The notes: generated by a model from the sequence alone, not told the origin. A stretch of DNA of 64,000 bases from Granulicella sp. (GCA_027339965.1 DAHWNL010000006.1:55381-119380); one strand, 5' to 3'; positions 1 through 9,910 are shown, counted from the first letter of the stretch. Made by a program: numbers and translations.

Positions 1-1
1 G

Positions 2-385
2 GCCCTGCCCTCGCCTGGGGTGGGGATGCGGCATTATGCTCCGCGAGCCCGGCTAAGACTGGTGGAGGGCTCGGTTCGCGGCCTGTGCGCGGGCTTGAAA
101 GAGGCTCTGGCTCCAAGCGAAGATCACCCCGGCAGCCACTCCGCGAGGCTGGGCGTACTTCTGCCTGACCCATGGAAGCTGCCTGAAGAGCTCCGCACAA
201 GACCCGATGTGGTCTCGGCGCCCTGGGGCCGCTGGACTGCCCCGGAGGCGCTTGCCGCGGGCCTGTTCGCCGGCCTCCGGACACTGGATGACCTCGATGT
301 GCGGACCATCCTTTGTCCCTTGCCACCCCCTGGTGGACTCAGAGATGCGATCCGCGACCGGCTGGAGAAAGCCACCCGACCGTGA
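2..385 (+). CDS. sua5: L-threonylcarbamoyladenylate synthase Sua5/YwlC, C-terminal part (5' truncated by window)
   Basis: Frame is open from base 2: ALPSPGVGMRHYAP (the PGM..HYAP linker motif of Sua5), then a SUA5-like domain ending LFAGLRTLD...GLRDAIRDRLEKA. Confidence 0.85.
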   Translation, partial: ALPSPGVGMRHYAPRARLRLVEGSVRGLCAGLKEALAPSEDHPGSHSARLGVLLPDPWKLPEELRTRPDVVSAPWGRWTAPEALAAGLFAGLRTLDDLDVRTILCPLPPPGGLRDAIRDRLEKATRP

Positions 386-469
386 ACGTGGTTGCAATGT
401 TTCTTCGGAGCGGCCTCCACAAGCTGCCCGCAGATCCGGCGCACCTGCCCCTTGAGCCGCGTCAGCCGG

Positions 470-856
470 CTACTTCATCACGCTAGGCGCGGTATGGGCC
501 TCGCTGGCCTTGTAAAGATACTTGATCGCGGATTTGTACACCAGAACCCGGCTGCGCCCCACACGCAGCTTGAGCGTGCACTTGTCATACCACTGGATGA
601 AGCCCTGAATCTGCTCGCCATCTTCAAGGATGATGGTCATCTCCGTCTGTTGCAGCATCTGCTTCTGGAAATAAAATGCTTCCGCGTGCGAGGTGTCTGC
701 AGTCCCATGAACATCCGCGATCAGCGCATGCGTGAGAGGATCCTCCGTGTGCATCAACTCACGGCGTTGCTCCCATACGGGAAGCCGTGGACGCACCAGC
801 TTGCGCGTTCCATTGAAAGTGTTGTCATCGCTACGAAATACGCCTCTGCTTTCCAT
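470..856 (-). CDS. hfq: Hfq/Sm-like RNA chaperone, divergent paralogue
   Basis: Sm1-like TIILEDGEQIQGFIQWYD and Sm2-like VLVYKSAI (canonical YKHAI). Start uncertain: ATG 856, ATG 754 or the ORF start 931. Confidence 0.75.
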   Translation of the reverse strand: MESRGVFRSDDNTFNGTRKLVRPRLPVWEQRRELMHTEDPLTHALIADVHGTADTSHAEAFYFQKQMLQQTEMTIILEDGEQIQGFIQWYDKCTLKLRVGRSRVLVYKSAIKYLYKASEAHTAPSVMK

Positions 857-1151
857 GAACGCTCTCTTTACCGGCACTACGGAACCTCCTCTGAGCGCGG
901 CAAGAAGGCGCGCCCCAAGAAGCCACTCCATTCATCCGTCAATGCATCTATTCAGAGTTCAAGAAAGGTGATGACCCGGCCTGACGCCGTACTGCCACTG
1001 CCAGGTTTCATCCCATCGCAACTATGCTTGTTTTGATGATGAGATGCAGGAAAAGGTTTGTTCGCTGCGCCTCGGCGCGTGGTTTCGCCACTTTGCACCG
1101 CACCGCCTGACCTTATACCCTCTATGGCCCAAAACCTTTTGCGAGAACAAG

Positions 1152-2303
1152 TTAGCGCCGGCCGACCTCCAATTCGACGGCCAGGGCATCCAGACTCAGG
1201 GAGCGGAGCAGATTGCGGCGCATACCTCGCTGCACAGCATCCATCGCCTGCACAGCCTGTTCGATCCAGTCAAAGGCAAAAGTTTCTGTCAGGCGTTGAA
1301 GTTCGGCGCGCTTGTCCGTGTTGCGAACTCGATCCGGCGCCCCGGAGTGCAGCACCAACATGTCCTCCAGAAGACTTGAAAGAGCGCCCAGCAAAGCCAT
1401 GGTCTTGCTTTGCCCCTCGGCTCCGGCGCGATAGGCTTCGGTCATGCGGAACAGGCTGGAGTGATCCTCCATGCCTCCGGAGCGTTCCGCCGTGTGCAGG
1501 ATCGTAAATGCATCGGCGCGCGCCGCAGCATACTCCGCCAGATCAAAGCTCAAGGCGCGTCCCACCGCCCCCTCGCTGAGCCTCGCGACAAGCTCCCGCT
1601 CTGCTGGGTTGAGCTGAGGACGCCGCTCGGCCAGCAGAGCCGCAATCTCTGCCGCAGGCAGAGAACCCAGATGCGTCACGCCACACCGGGAACGGATCGT
1701 AGGCAACAACTCTCCCAGATTCTCCGCCAGCAGCAGGATGTGAACGTAAGGCGGCGGCTCCTCCAGAACCTTCAGCAGGGAGTTGGCAGCCTCCTTCATC
1801 AAGGCCGACGAGGTGAGCACAAAGACCTTGGCCCGAGCCTCGGTTGGCACATACTGCGCACGCTGAATCAGAGTTCGCACCTGTCCGAGCTTGATCAGCA
1901 TCTGGGGTGGATCGGGAGGCAGAACAAGTACGTCCGGATGGGTCTGAACCATCACCCGGGTGTCCTTCTTGTCGGCCTCGCGCATCTCCTCCCGAGCCGC
2001 TACAGCCTGCTCAATCTTCGCCTCCAGATCGGCGCTCTCCGCAATGCGGGTGCAGTTGCGGCAACAACCGCAGAATCCGGCCAGCGGCTGACCGGCATGC
2101 CTGCCGGCGGCAGCGATCTCGCGCGGCTGGGCTTCGCACTCAAGCGCCATCGCAAGCAACAGCGCCATACTGTACTTCCCCGCCCCGCGGGGACCAAGCA
2201 GAATCAGCGAATGGGGTAGCCGACCGGCGGCGATGGCGGCGCGAAGGCTATGCACAGCAGGTTGATTGCCGATAAATCCTGAGAAGTGGGAAGGCAGTGG
2301 CAC
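1152..2303 (-). CDS. holB: DNA polymerase III delta' subunit
   Basis: HSLILLGPRGAGK P-loop, Zn module (C..FCGCCRNC), HPDV, AANSLLKVLEEPP and LLPTIRSRC (SRC motif). Confidence 0.93.
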   Translation of the reverse strand: MPLPSHFSGFIGNQPAVHSLRAAIAAGRLPHSLILLGPRGAGKYSMALLLAMALECEAQPREIAAAGRHAGQPLAGFCGCCRNCTRIAESADLEAKIEQAVAAREEMREADKKDTRVMVQTHPDVLVLPPDPPQMLIKLGQVRTLIQRAQYVPTEARAKVFVLTSSALMKEAANSLLKVLEEPPPYVHILLLAENLGELLPTIRSRCGVTHLGSLPAAEIAALLAERRPQLNPAERELVARLSEGAVGRALSFDLAEYAAARADAFTILHTAERSGGMEDHSSLFRMTEAYRAGAEGQSKTMALLGALSSLLEDMLVLHSGAPDRVRNTDKRAELQRLTETFAFDWIEQAVQAMDAVQRGMRRNLLRSLSLDALAVELEVGRR

Positions 2304-2330
2304 TCTCTGAGCTTACCGCGCCGGAAGATT

Positions 2331-2480
2331 TCAATGGAGGGAAGGCCGCAGGCTGGAGGGATATTGGGCCGCAGATTCTGCGCAGCCTGCCCGGCCGGGC
2401 AGGCTGGCCGCGCCAGCCAACCCTCTGCGGCGATGGCGCGGCGCGCTCCAGATGCAGCCTCGCAGAGGTCCCTCGGTTGA
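2331..2480. repeat. Long imperfect inverted repeat with a perfect 24-bp palindromic core
   Basis: CAGCCTGCCCGG|CCGGGCAGGCTG at 2383-2406 is a perfect palindrome. It is nested in GCCGCAGA 2368-2375/TCTGCGGC 2424-2431 and TCAATGGAGGGA 2331-2342/TCCCTCGGTTGA 2469-2480. Confidence 0.8.
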
Positions 2481-2521
2481 GCCTCTGGCAGATGCCGGAA
2501 TCTCTGGCAAATGCGGAACCT

Positions 2522-2571
2522 TTGACAAACCAAGCAATTCGATCGATTCTAAAAGCGAAGAAAAAACGAAA
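2522..2571 (+). promoter_or_regulatory. sigma70-type promoter of imuA with a candidate LexA (SOS) direct-repeat operator
   Basis: TTGACA 2522-2527, 17-nt spacer, GATTCT 2545-2550, then CGAA-N7-CGAA (2556-2570) over the expected start site. This resembles the GAAC-N7-GAAC/GTTC-N7-GTTC LexA box type. Confidence 0.55.
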
Positions 2572-2583
2572 GTGAGATGTACC

Positions 2584-3396
2584 ATGCCCTCTGCCGCCAC
2601 GCTCCAGATGGAGATCGAACGTAGCCTTGCCGCGCGCTTTCCAGCAGCTCTCTCCCCTGCGCCGCAGACTCATCGCGAAGCAGCAGCAACCGGCGTTGCT
2701 GCCGTGGATACCCTGTTGCAAGGGGGATTGCCCGTAGGCGCTGTCAGCGAGTTGATCGGGGCCATGTCCTCAGGACGCACCAGCCTGGCGCTGGCCTTTG
2801 TGGCAAGCCGTACCGCCGAGGGGCGCATCTGTGCCTGGGTGGATGCCGGCGACACCTTCGACCCGGAGTCAGCCGCCGGCAGCGGCGTCAACCTGAGCCA
2901 GTTGCTCTGGGTGCGCTGCCAGGGCATGCAAAGCTCTCCATGTCATACAGACCTGCCGCAGGCTGGGAGACGGAGGGTCCAGCGTCAGCCCTGGGCGCGC
3001 CTCGATCAGGCGTTGCGCGCCGTGGATCTGCTGCTGCACGCCGGCGGCTTTGCGGCCATTGTGCTGGATCTGGGCGACACCGTCTGGGAGCAGGCTAGCC
3101 GCATCCCGGCGGCTACCTGGTGGCGCTTTCGCCAGGCTGCCGGCAGTACCCATTGCTCGCTGGTTGTGCTGGGCCGCGCGGCCTATGCTGCGTCCAGCGC
3201 TGCGATCGTGCTGGAGTGTGCTGCGCGCCAGGCAAAGACCAGCGGCGGGACCATCCTCTCCAGTCTGGAATACAACGTAACCCTCAAAAGGGACCGTTCT
3301 GCCCGCATCGCTCCGTGCCCGTTTCCGGCCCGGAGGGCCACGGCCTCTACCTGGACCGCACAGCCGGGCTGGACGCAGCAAATGAGGCGCGCATGA
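2584..3396 (+). CDS. imuA: ImuA/RecA-like mutasome accessory protein
   Basis: TGVAAVDTLLQGGLPVGAVSELIGAMSSGRTS RecA-like P-loop, CAWVD..DTFDP and GGFAAIVLD. Stop overlaps the imuB start (ATGA 3393-3396). ATG 2584 chosen because it lies just downstream of the promoter. Confidence 0.88.
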   Translation: MPSAATLQMEIERSLAARFPAALSPAPQTHREAAATGVAAVDTLLQGGLPVGAVSELIGAMSSGRTSLALAFVASRTAEGRICAWVDAGDTFDPESAAGSGVNLSQLLWVRCQGMQSSPCHTDLPQAGRRRVQRQPWARLDQALRAVDLLLHAGGFAAIVLDLGDTVWEQASRIPAATWWRFRQAAGSTHCSLVVLGRAAYAASSAAIVLECAARQAKTSGGTILSSLEYNVTLKRDRSARIAPCPFPARRATASTWTAQPGWTQQMRRA

Positions 3397-5012
3397 ACCG
3401 TGAGCTCTACGCCTGCGTCCATGCAGCCGAACTACCCGCGCAGGCTTTGCTGCGCCTGCGCCCCGAGTTGCGCGCCCAGCCCGTCGTCATATTGGATGGC
3501 CCGGCTGCGCAGCAGACCGTTTGCGCGTTGAATCAACACGCGCGCCGGCGTGGAGCCGCGCTCGGCATGGCGCGGCTGGACGCCGAGAGCCTTGCGGAGA
3601 TGAAGCTGCTCCGGCGCTCCATCCAGGCCGAGAAGGTCTCACGCTCAATCTTGCTGGAATGTGTGTCCCAATTTTCGCCCCGCATCGAAGATGCGCTCTG
3701 GAACACTCTCTGGGACGAAGAGCGGCAAGCCGGCCAAGCTACAGCCTGCGCCTTCGTTCTGGACATCCAGGGCACAGAGCGACTATTCGGTCCGCCCGAG
3801 CAGTTGGCGCAAAGATTGCGCTCTTGCCTCTCCGCAGCCGGCTTTCACGTCTCCATCGCGGTGAGCGCCAACTTCCACACCGCGCGCCTGATCGCTGCGC
3901 ACAGAGGCGGCATCCACGTGATTGCCGAAGGTCAAGAGGCAGCCATGCTGGCCGGCCTTGCTTTGACCGCTCTTGACGGGGATGCCGCTTCGGACACCGA
4001 TCTGGCAGAGATCCTTGCCCAATGGGGCATCCGCAATCTGGGCGAGCTGGCCGCTCTTCCAGAGGCGGAACTGATGACGCGCCTCGGCGCCAGGGCTCGC
4101 ACCTGGAGCGCTCTGGCGCAGGGCCGGGCAACCTACCTCTTCCGCCCCATCCAGCCTGCGCTGCGGCTGGAAGAGTTCTACGCATTCGAGACTCCGGTCG
4201 CACAGATAGACTCGCTTCTGTTCACCATCGCACGCATGATCGACTGCCTTGCTCAGCGAGCAGAGTCCAGAGCGCTGGCGCTGGCCACGGTCACCGCGCT
4301 CATGCAGCTTGAAGACGGCAGTTCCCATCAGCGCGTCATCCGGCCCGCGCTGCCATCGCTGGACCGCCGCTTCCTGCTCAAGCTCGTACAGATGGAGATC
4401 GGAGCGCATCCGCCCCAGGCCGCGGTTACTTCGCTGCTGCTCCAGGCCGAGCCTGGACAGAGCCGTCAGATGCAGCTTGGACTCTTCACCCCGCAGATGC
4501 CTGAACCTTCGCGGCTGGACGTCACTCTGGCGCGCCTCAAGTCGATCGTGGGAGAAGACCGCGTCGGCTCGCCCGTGCTGGAAGACACGCACCGGGCAGA
4601 CAGCTTTCACATGCTGAGCTTGATCGCTGGCCACGCCGGCGCAGACCAGAGACTACAAGGCGGCTCCGGTCAGGCTCCACAAGCGCCTAAGCTGCAGTTC
4701 CATCGACTCTGTCTACGCCGCATGCGTCCTCCGCGGCCGGTGAGCGTTTTGCTGCACGCCGGCCGGCCTGCTGTCTTTCACGATCGCAAGCAAAGCTTCA
4801 AAATCACGGCAGCCTATGGCCCTTGGAACAGCAGCGGTTGCTGGTGGTCTGCCGCAGCCTGGGAGAGCGGCCTGGAGCCCCATGGCAGCGCGGCATGGAA
4901 CAGCGCCGAGTGGGATCTGCTGGCCACCTCGCCGGATGGCGCGCCCTGCGCCTGCCTGCTGAGCCACGACATCCAAGGGAACATCTGGCATCTGGAGGCG
5001 TTCTATGACTGA
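3393..5012 (+). CDS. imuB: ImuB, Y-family polymerase-like accessory protein
   Basis: FSPRIE, LDIQGTERLFG, WGIRNLGELAALP and the clamp-binding QLGLF motif. Canonical Y-family catalytic acids are not evident. Lies between imuA and dnaE2. Confidence 0.9.
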   Translation: MNRELYACVHAAELPAQALLRLRPELRAQPVVILDGPAAQQTVCALNQHARRRGAALGMARLDAESLAEMKLLRRSIQAEKVSRSILLECVSQFSPRIEDALWNTLWDEERQAGQATACAFVLDIQGTERLFGPPEQLAQRLRSCLSAAGFHVSIAVSANFHTARLIAAHRGGIHVIAEGQEAAMLAGLALTALDGDAASDTDLAEILAQWGIRNLGELAALPEAELMTRLGARARTWSALAQGRATYLFRPIQPALRLEEFYAFETPVAQIDSLLFTIARMIDCLAQRAESRALALATVTALMQLEDGSSHQRVIRPALPSLDRRFLLKLVQMEIGAHPPQAAVTSLLLQAEPGQSRQMQLGLFTPQMPEPSRLDVTLARLKSIVGEDRVGSPVLEDTHRADSFHMLSLIAGHAGADQRLQGGSGQAPQAPKLQFHRLCLRRMRPPRPVSVLLHAGRPAVFHDRKQSFKITAAYGPWNSSGCWWSAAAWESGLEPHGSAAWNSAEWDLLATSPDGAPCACLLSHDIQGNIWHLEAFYD

Positions 5013-8000
5013 GCCAGAAGCTCCTGCTCCCAACACACGCCCTGCCGGCAAGCCGGTCTGTCACCCCAACGACGCCCTGTGCCCTACGGAGCCGGCGCCG
5101 GCTCGCGCTTCATCTTGGCCGGGAAGCGGCTACGTCGAGCTGCACGCCTCCAGCGCCTTCAGCTTCCTCGCCGCAGCAGCGCAGCCCGAGGCGCTGGTAG
5201 AGCAGGCCGCGGCGTTGTGCATGCCCGCCATGGCTCTGGCCGATCGCAACGGCCTCTACGGCGCAGCACGCTTCCACACCGAAGCCCGGCGGCACAGTCT
5301 GCAAGCGCACATCGGCGCAGAGATCGCCGTGGCCTGCTTGGGCAAACAGCTTACCCCGCCATCTTGGCTGCCGCATCAGCATCCAGCCCAGCCGCCGCGC
5401 ATCACTCTGCTCTGCGCCTCGCAGACCGGCTACCAGAACCTCTGCCAGCTCATCACCCGCTTCAAGATGCGCGCAGGCACAAAAGCGGAGAGCGCGGCAA
5501 CACTTGACGATCTGGAGGAGTTCTCCGCCGGCCTGATCTGCCTGACCGGCGGCCAGGAAGGACCGCTCGCCGCCGCTCTCGCTCATGGCGGCCAGCAACA
5601 GATACATCCTGTGCTGGAGCGGCTGGCCTCCATCTACGGCCACGGCAATCTTTATCTCGAACTGCAGCGCCACCAGGAGCGTCAGCAGGAGCAGCGCAAC
5701 CAGGCCCTGCTCTCCGCCGCCATCCGCTACCACCTGCCCGTAATCGCCACCAATGGTGTGCGCTACGCAGTCGAGAAGGACCGCAAACTACTGGACCTGA
5801 TGACCGCAATTCGCCATCACACCACGCTGGAACGAGCAGGCCGCCTGCTCTCCGTCAACTCCCAGCGCCGCCTGCGCACCCCAGCGGAGATGGCCGCGCT
5901 CTTCCAGGACCTGCCGGAGGCCATTGCCAATACCATCATCGTGAGCAGCCGCCTCGGCTTCACCCTCGACAAGCTAGGCTACGAGTTTCCCCGTTACCCT
6001 GTGCCGCAGGGCGAGACCATGGACAGCTTTCTCGCCCGCCGCGTCGCCGAGGGCGTCGAGCTTCGCTATGGCTCCTCCTGTAAGCGGCATCTGCTCGCCA
6101 GGGCGCGCACCCAGGTGGCCCATGAGCTGGCTCTCATCGCAAAGCTCGGCTTCTCGGGCTACTTTCTCATCGTCTGGGATCTCATCCGCTTTTGCCAGAG
6201 CCATGGATTTCTCGTGCAGGGACGCGGCTCTGCAGCCAACTCCGCGGTCTGCTACGCCCTGCAGATCACAGCCGTCGATCCGGTCGGCATGGAGCTGCTC
6301 TTCGAGCGCTTTCTCAGCGAAGACCGTGGCGAGTGGCCGGACATCGACCTGGATCTCGCCTCCGGTGAAGAGCGCGAACAGGTCATCCAGTACCTCTATC
6401 AGCGCTACGGACCGCTCGGAGCGGCCATGACCGCCAACGTCATCACCTACCGCAGCCGCTCAGCCGCGCGCGAGGTGGGCAAGGCGATGGGCTTTGAGCC
6501 CGAACAGATCGCGCGTCTCTCCTCTTTGCTGGGCCACTGGGAGTGGCGCGGACCCCATGACACCCTTGAACAGCACTTCGCACAGGCCGGCCTGGACATC
6601 CGCCATCCCCGCATCGCCTGCTATCTGGATCTCTGCAGCCGCCTCAAGGAGATGCCGCGGCATCTCGGCCAGCACTCCGGCGGCATGGTCATTTGCGCCG
6701 GCATGCTCAACCGGGTGGTTCCCATCGAACCTGCCTCCATGCCTGGCCGTACCGTGATTCAGTGGGACAAGGAAGACTGCGCCGACATGGGCCTCATCAA
6801 AGTGGATCTGCTCGGCCTGGGCATGATGGCCGCGCTTCGGGAGACCATCGATCTGATTCCCCTCCACTACGGCCGGCAGGTGGACCTGGCTGCGTTGCCG
6901 GAGGATCCTCTGGTCTACCAGACGCTGCGGCAAGCGGACACCGTGGGCATGTTCCAGGTGGAGAGCCGCGCCCAGATGGCCTCGCTTCCGCACAACGCCC
7001 CGCAGCGCTTCTACGATCTTGTCGTGCAGGTGGCCATCATCCGACCCGGCCCCATCGTGGGCAAGATGATGCATCCCTACATGCGCCGCCGTCAGGGCAA
7101 GGAGCCGGTGAGCTATCCGCATCCTCTGCTGGAGCCTGTGCTCAAGCGCACCTTGGGAGTGCCGCTCTTTCAGGAGCAACTGCTGCGCATGGCCATGGCC
7201 GTAGCCGATTTTACCGGCGCCGAAGCGGAGCAACTGCGCCGCGCGGTCGGCATGCGCCGCTCCATGCAGCGCATGAAGGATCTGGAAGGACGCCTGCGCG
7301 CCGGCATGACGCGCAACGGCATCGGAGCCCAGACTCAGGACAACATCGTGCAGGCCATCAGTTCCTTCGCTATGTACGGCTTTCCTGAGTCGCACGCGGC
7401 CAGCTTCGCGCTGATTGCCTACGCATCGGCCTACCTCAAGGTCCATTATCTGGCTGCGTTCACCTGCGGCCTGCTCAACAACCAGCCCATGGGCTTCTAC
7501 TCGCCCGCCGTCCTCGTCAAGGATGCCCAGCGCCACGGCCTGTGCGTTCATCCCATCGATGTGCAACGCTCCTTCTGGCGCTGCACGCTGGAAAAGGAAC
7601 CTGACGGCGCGCTCTCTCTGCGCCTTGGCCTGAACTATGCCAAAGGCCTGCGCCAGAGCTCGGCTCAGGCTCTTCTGGCCGCCAGAACCAACGATGGTCT
7701 CTTCCCTTCCGTGGACCTGCTTGTCCAGCGCGTGCCTGAACTCAGCCGCAAGGAGGTCACTCTGCTGGCCCACATCGGAGCACTCAACTGGCTAGGCAGC
7801 CCGGAGCGCTGCACCGGCCAACCACCCCGCGTCCTGCATCGCCGTGAAGCTCTCTGGCAGGCAGCCCAGGCCGCTCGCCCCGTGGGGCCGTTGCTGCGCC
7901 CGGCTCATCCATCCAGCGATACCACCTGCGACTCATCGGCCTCCACCGAGCAGGTCCGTCTGCGGCCCATGACCGCCTCCGAACGGCTGGCCGCCGACTT

Positions 8001-8358
8001 TGCCGGCACCGGCCTCACCACTGGCCCGCATCTCCTGGCCTATCGCCGCTCCGCCTTATGCCGTCAGGGCATCCTGCCCGCCGATGCTCTGACGCACTGC
8101 CCCAACCACAGTCACGTTCGCATCGCCGGCTGCGTCATCGCCCGCCAACGGCCGGGCACGGCCAAAGGATTCGTCTTTCTCTCCCTGGAGGATGAAACCG
8201 GCATCGCCAACGTCATCATCACCCCCGGCCTGTTTGAAGAGCAACGCCTGCTGGTCACGCGCAGCCGGTTTCTACTCGTCGCCGGCCCGGTACAGAATCA
8301 GGACGGCGTCATCCACGTCAAAGCGCAAAACATCTCGCCGCTGGAAGCTTGTGAATAA
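5005..8358 (+). CDS. dnaE2: Error-prone DNA polymerase DnaE2 (ImuC)
   Basis: YVELHASSAFSFL PHP start, GRGSAANSAVCY, PDIDLD catalytic motif, GFPESHAASFA, QPMGFYSP and RQRPGTAKG OB fold. Confidence 0.96.
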   Translation: MTEPEAPAPNTRPAGKPVCHPNDALCPTEPAPARASSWPGSGYVELHASSAFSFLAAAAQPEALVEQAAALCMPAMALADRNGLYGAARFHTEARRHSLQAHIGAEIAVACLGKQLTPPSWLPHQHPAQPPRITLLCASQTGYQNLCQLITRFKMRAGTKAESAATLDDLEEFSAGLICLTGGQEGPLAAALAHGGQQQIHPVLERLASIYGHGNLYLELQRHQERQQEQRNQALLSAAIRYHLPVIATNGVRYAVEKDRKLLDLMTAIRHHTTLERAGRLLSVNSQRRLRTPAEMAALFQDLPEAIANTIIVSSRLGFTLDKLGYEFPRYPVPQGETMDSFLARRVAEGVELRYGSSCKRHLLARARTQVAHELALIAKLGFSGYFLIVWDLIRFCQSHGFLVQGRGSAANSAVCYALQITAVDPVGMELLFERFLSEDRGEWPDIDLDLASGEEREQVIQYLYQRYGPLGAAMTANVITYRSRSAAREVGKAMGFEPEQIARLSSLLGHWEWRGPHDTLEQHFAQAGLDIRHPRIACYLDLCSRLKEMPRHLGQHSGGMVICAGMLNRVVPIEPASMPGRTVIQWDKEDCADMGLIKVDLLGLGMMAALRETIDLIPLHYGRQVDLAALPEDPLVYQTLRQADTVGMFQVESRAQMASLPHNAPQRFYDLVVQVAIIRPGPIVGKMMHPYMRRRQGKEPVSYPHPLLEPVLKRTLGVPLFQEQLLRMAMAVADFTGAEAEQLRRAVGMRRSMQRMKDLEGRLRAGMTRNGIGAQTQDNIVQAISSFAMYGFPESHAASFALIAYASAYLKVHYLAAFTCGLLNNQPMGFYSPAVLVKDAQRHGLCVHPIDVQRSFWRCTLEKEPDGALSLRLGLNYAKGLRQSSAQALLAARTNDGLFPSVDLLVQRVPELSRKEVTLLAHIGALNWLGSPERCTGQPPRVLHRREALWQAAQAARPVGPLLRPAHPSSDTTCDSSASTEQVRLRPMTASERLAADFAGTGLTTGPHLLAYRRSALCRQGILPADALTHCPNHSHVRIAGCVIARQRPGTAKGFVFLSLEDETGIANVIITPGLFEEQRLLVTRSRFLLVAGPVQNQDGVIHVKAQNISPLEACE

Positions 8359-8434
8359 ACTCTTGACTCACGCAGCAAGCTCTGCGCAGCCGCAGCATCC
8401 CATGGAGCGCGGCCGAGCGCCCGCTCAGCCACTA

Positions 8435-9910
8435 CTACAGGCCTCCTGCAACATCCTCCTGCCGTAACCGGCCTGCCAGCCGCGCCAGCAACTCCGTGTC
8501 CAGCGCCCCTTGGGGATGCTCCAGCCTGGCCCACAGCACGGCGAAGTTTCCCAGCGTGGAACTCTCAGCCGAGCGGCGCTGCACCGGGACACCGCAAGCC
8601 GAGGCCGTCAGCTCATTCAGGAACCGGTTACGGCTGCCTCCGCCCACCACGCAGATGCGGCTCAACTTCTTGCCGGTCAGGCTGCGCAGCTCTCCCAGCA
8701 GAGAGGCATAGCGCTGCGCCAGGCTGTGAAAGATCAGATTGGCATAGGCCGGAGCCGACTCTCTGCCCACCCCCAGCGGGGCAACTCCAAGAGCTTTCAA
8801 CTGCAGGTTGATCCGCTCCGGCATGTTGCCGGGCAAGAGCAGATCTGATCCGTCCAGGTCCAGCACACGCTCTGGCGCCGGAAGCCTTCGCACCTCGCAC
8901 ATCAGATCTTCCAGGGGATACGGGGCCGACTGCTCCCAAACATCCATGCACTGCCTCAGGAGCCACATACCCACCATGCCACGATGGAAGAGCGTATCTC
9001 CCGTCGCCGCACGCAGATTGGTAAAGCCTTTGCTGCAGGCCTCCTGCGTCTTCAGCGGTGCCCGCAACCTTGTACCCACCAGCGACCAGGTTCCTGAACT
9101 GATATACGCCCAGTCGGCATCCTCGGCATCGATACCGGCGATCGCCGCTGCCGTGTCGTGGCAGGCGGTCGCCACAAGCTGCGTATGTTCAAACGCGGCC
9201 AGGGCGCGCAACGGATGCCGTACCCCTCCCAGGACGGAACCGGTAGCCACCAACTCGGGAGCCTCCGCCACATCCAACCCGAGCGCGGTAAAGATCTCTG
9301 CTGACCAGCACATCCCGACAGGCTCTACCTCTTGATCCACCCACTCGCGCCTTTGCTGAAACTCCAGCAGCGCCGTATGCGACGCATTCGTGACCTCGGC
9401 CACGCGCGGAGCCCCCAGCCAGTACAGAACATACTCCGGCAGATTCACCCAGGGCATCCCTGCCGGAACGCCACTTCTGCCGTCCGCATAAAGCTGGTAG
9501 ACGGTGTTCAGCGGCTGCACTTGCACCCCGGTGACCGCATACAGCCGCTCCGCAGGCACACGCCCGTGCGCCTCCTCCATCGCCGTCCCGGTGCGAGGAT
9601 CGCGATAGCAGAATGGCTGCGCCCAGGGCCGTCCCTGAGCATTCAGGCGGACATAGTCCACAGCCCAGCCCGTCACTCCAATGTAGGCAATTCCTTCCGA
9701 AGCCAGCGCAGCGCACTGCCGCAGCCCCTGCTCCAACTCGCCAAGGATGTGCTCCAGGTCCCAATACAGACCCTCCGCACGCTGCACCGGCCGATTCCCA
9801 AACCGATGCACCATGTGGATCAACGGAGTCTCCGCCTGCCAGCGCAGAAGCGAAACACGGCAGCTCTCCGCGCCGAGATCGATACCCACCAGGGCGGGAC
9901 GGTGGCTCAC
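8435..9910 (-). CDS. rhaB: Rhamnulokinase (FGGY family)
   Basis: IDLGAESCR, WAVDY, CYRDPRT, CHDTAAA, YISSGTWSLVG and VVGGGSRN. GTG 9910 overlaps the upstream stop (GTGA). Confidence 0.9.
   Translation of the reverse strand: MSHRPALVGIDLGAESCRVSLLRWQAETPLIHMVHRFGNRPVQRAEGLYWDLEHILGELEQGLRQCAALASEGIAYIGVTGWAVDYVRLNAQGRPWAQPFCYRDPRTGTAMEEAHGRVPAERLYAVTGVQVQPLNTVYQLYADGRSGVPAGMPWVNLPEYVLYWLGAPRVAEVTNASHTALLEFQQRREWVDQEVEPVGMCWSAEIFTALGLDVAEAPELVATGSVLGGVRHPLRALAAFEHTQLVATACHDTAAAIAGIDAEDADWAYISSGTWSLVGTRLRAPLKTQEACSKGFTNLRAATGDTLFHRGMVGMWLLRQCMDVWEQSAPYPLEDLMCEVRRLPAPERVLDLDGSDLLLPGNMPERINLQLKALGVAPLGVGRESAPAYANLIFHSLAQRYASLLGELRSLTGKKLSRICVVGGGSRNRFLNELTASACGVPVQRRSAESSTLGNFAVLWARLEHPQGALDTELLARLAGRLRQEDVAGGL

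Noticed and set aside
3120..3392. ORF-track N-terminal extension of imuB (likewise the 2452, 10009, 16092, 23846, 38077, 44527 and 52641 starts)
   Set aside because: The extensions overlap neighbouring genes or promoters. Stop/start overlaps, SD sequences or -10 elements support the shorter starts.
6460..7773. 437-aa minus-strand ORF inside dnaE2, and similar long antisense ORFs (18266-19681, 24427-25374, 34240-35403, 40865-42223)
   Set aside because: They lie antisense to well-supported genes and carry no recognisable motifs. Such shadow frames are expected from GC-rich codon bias.
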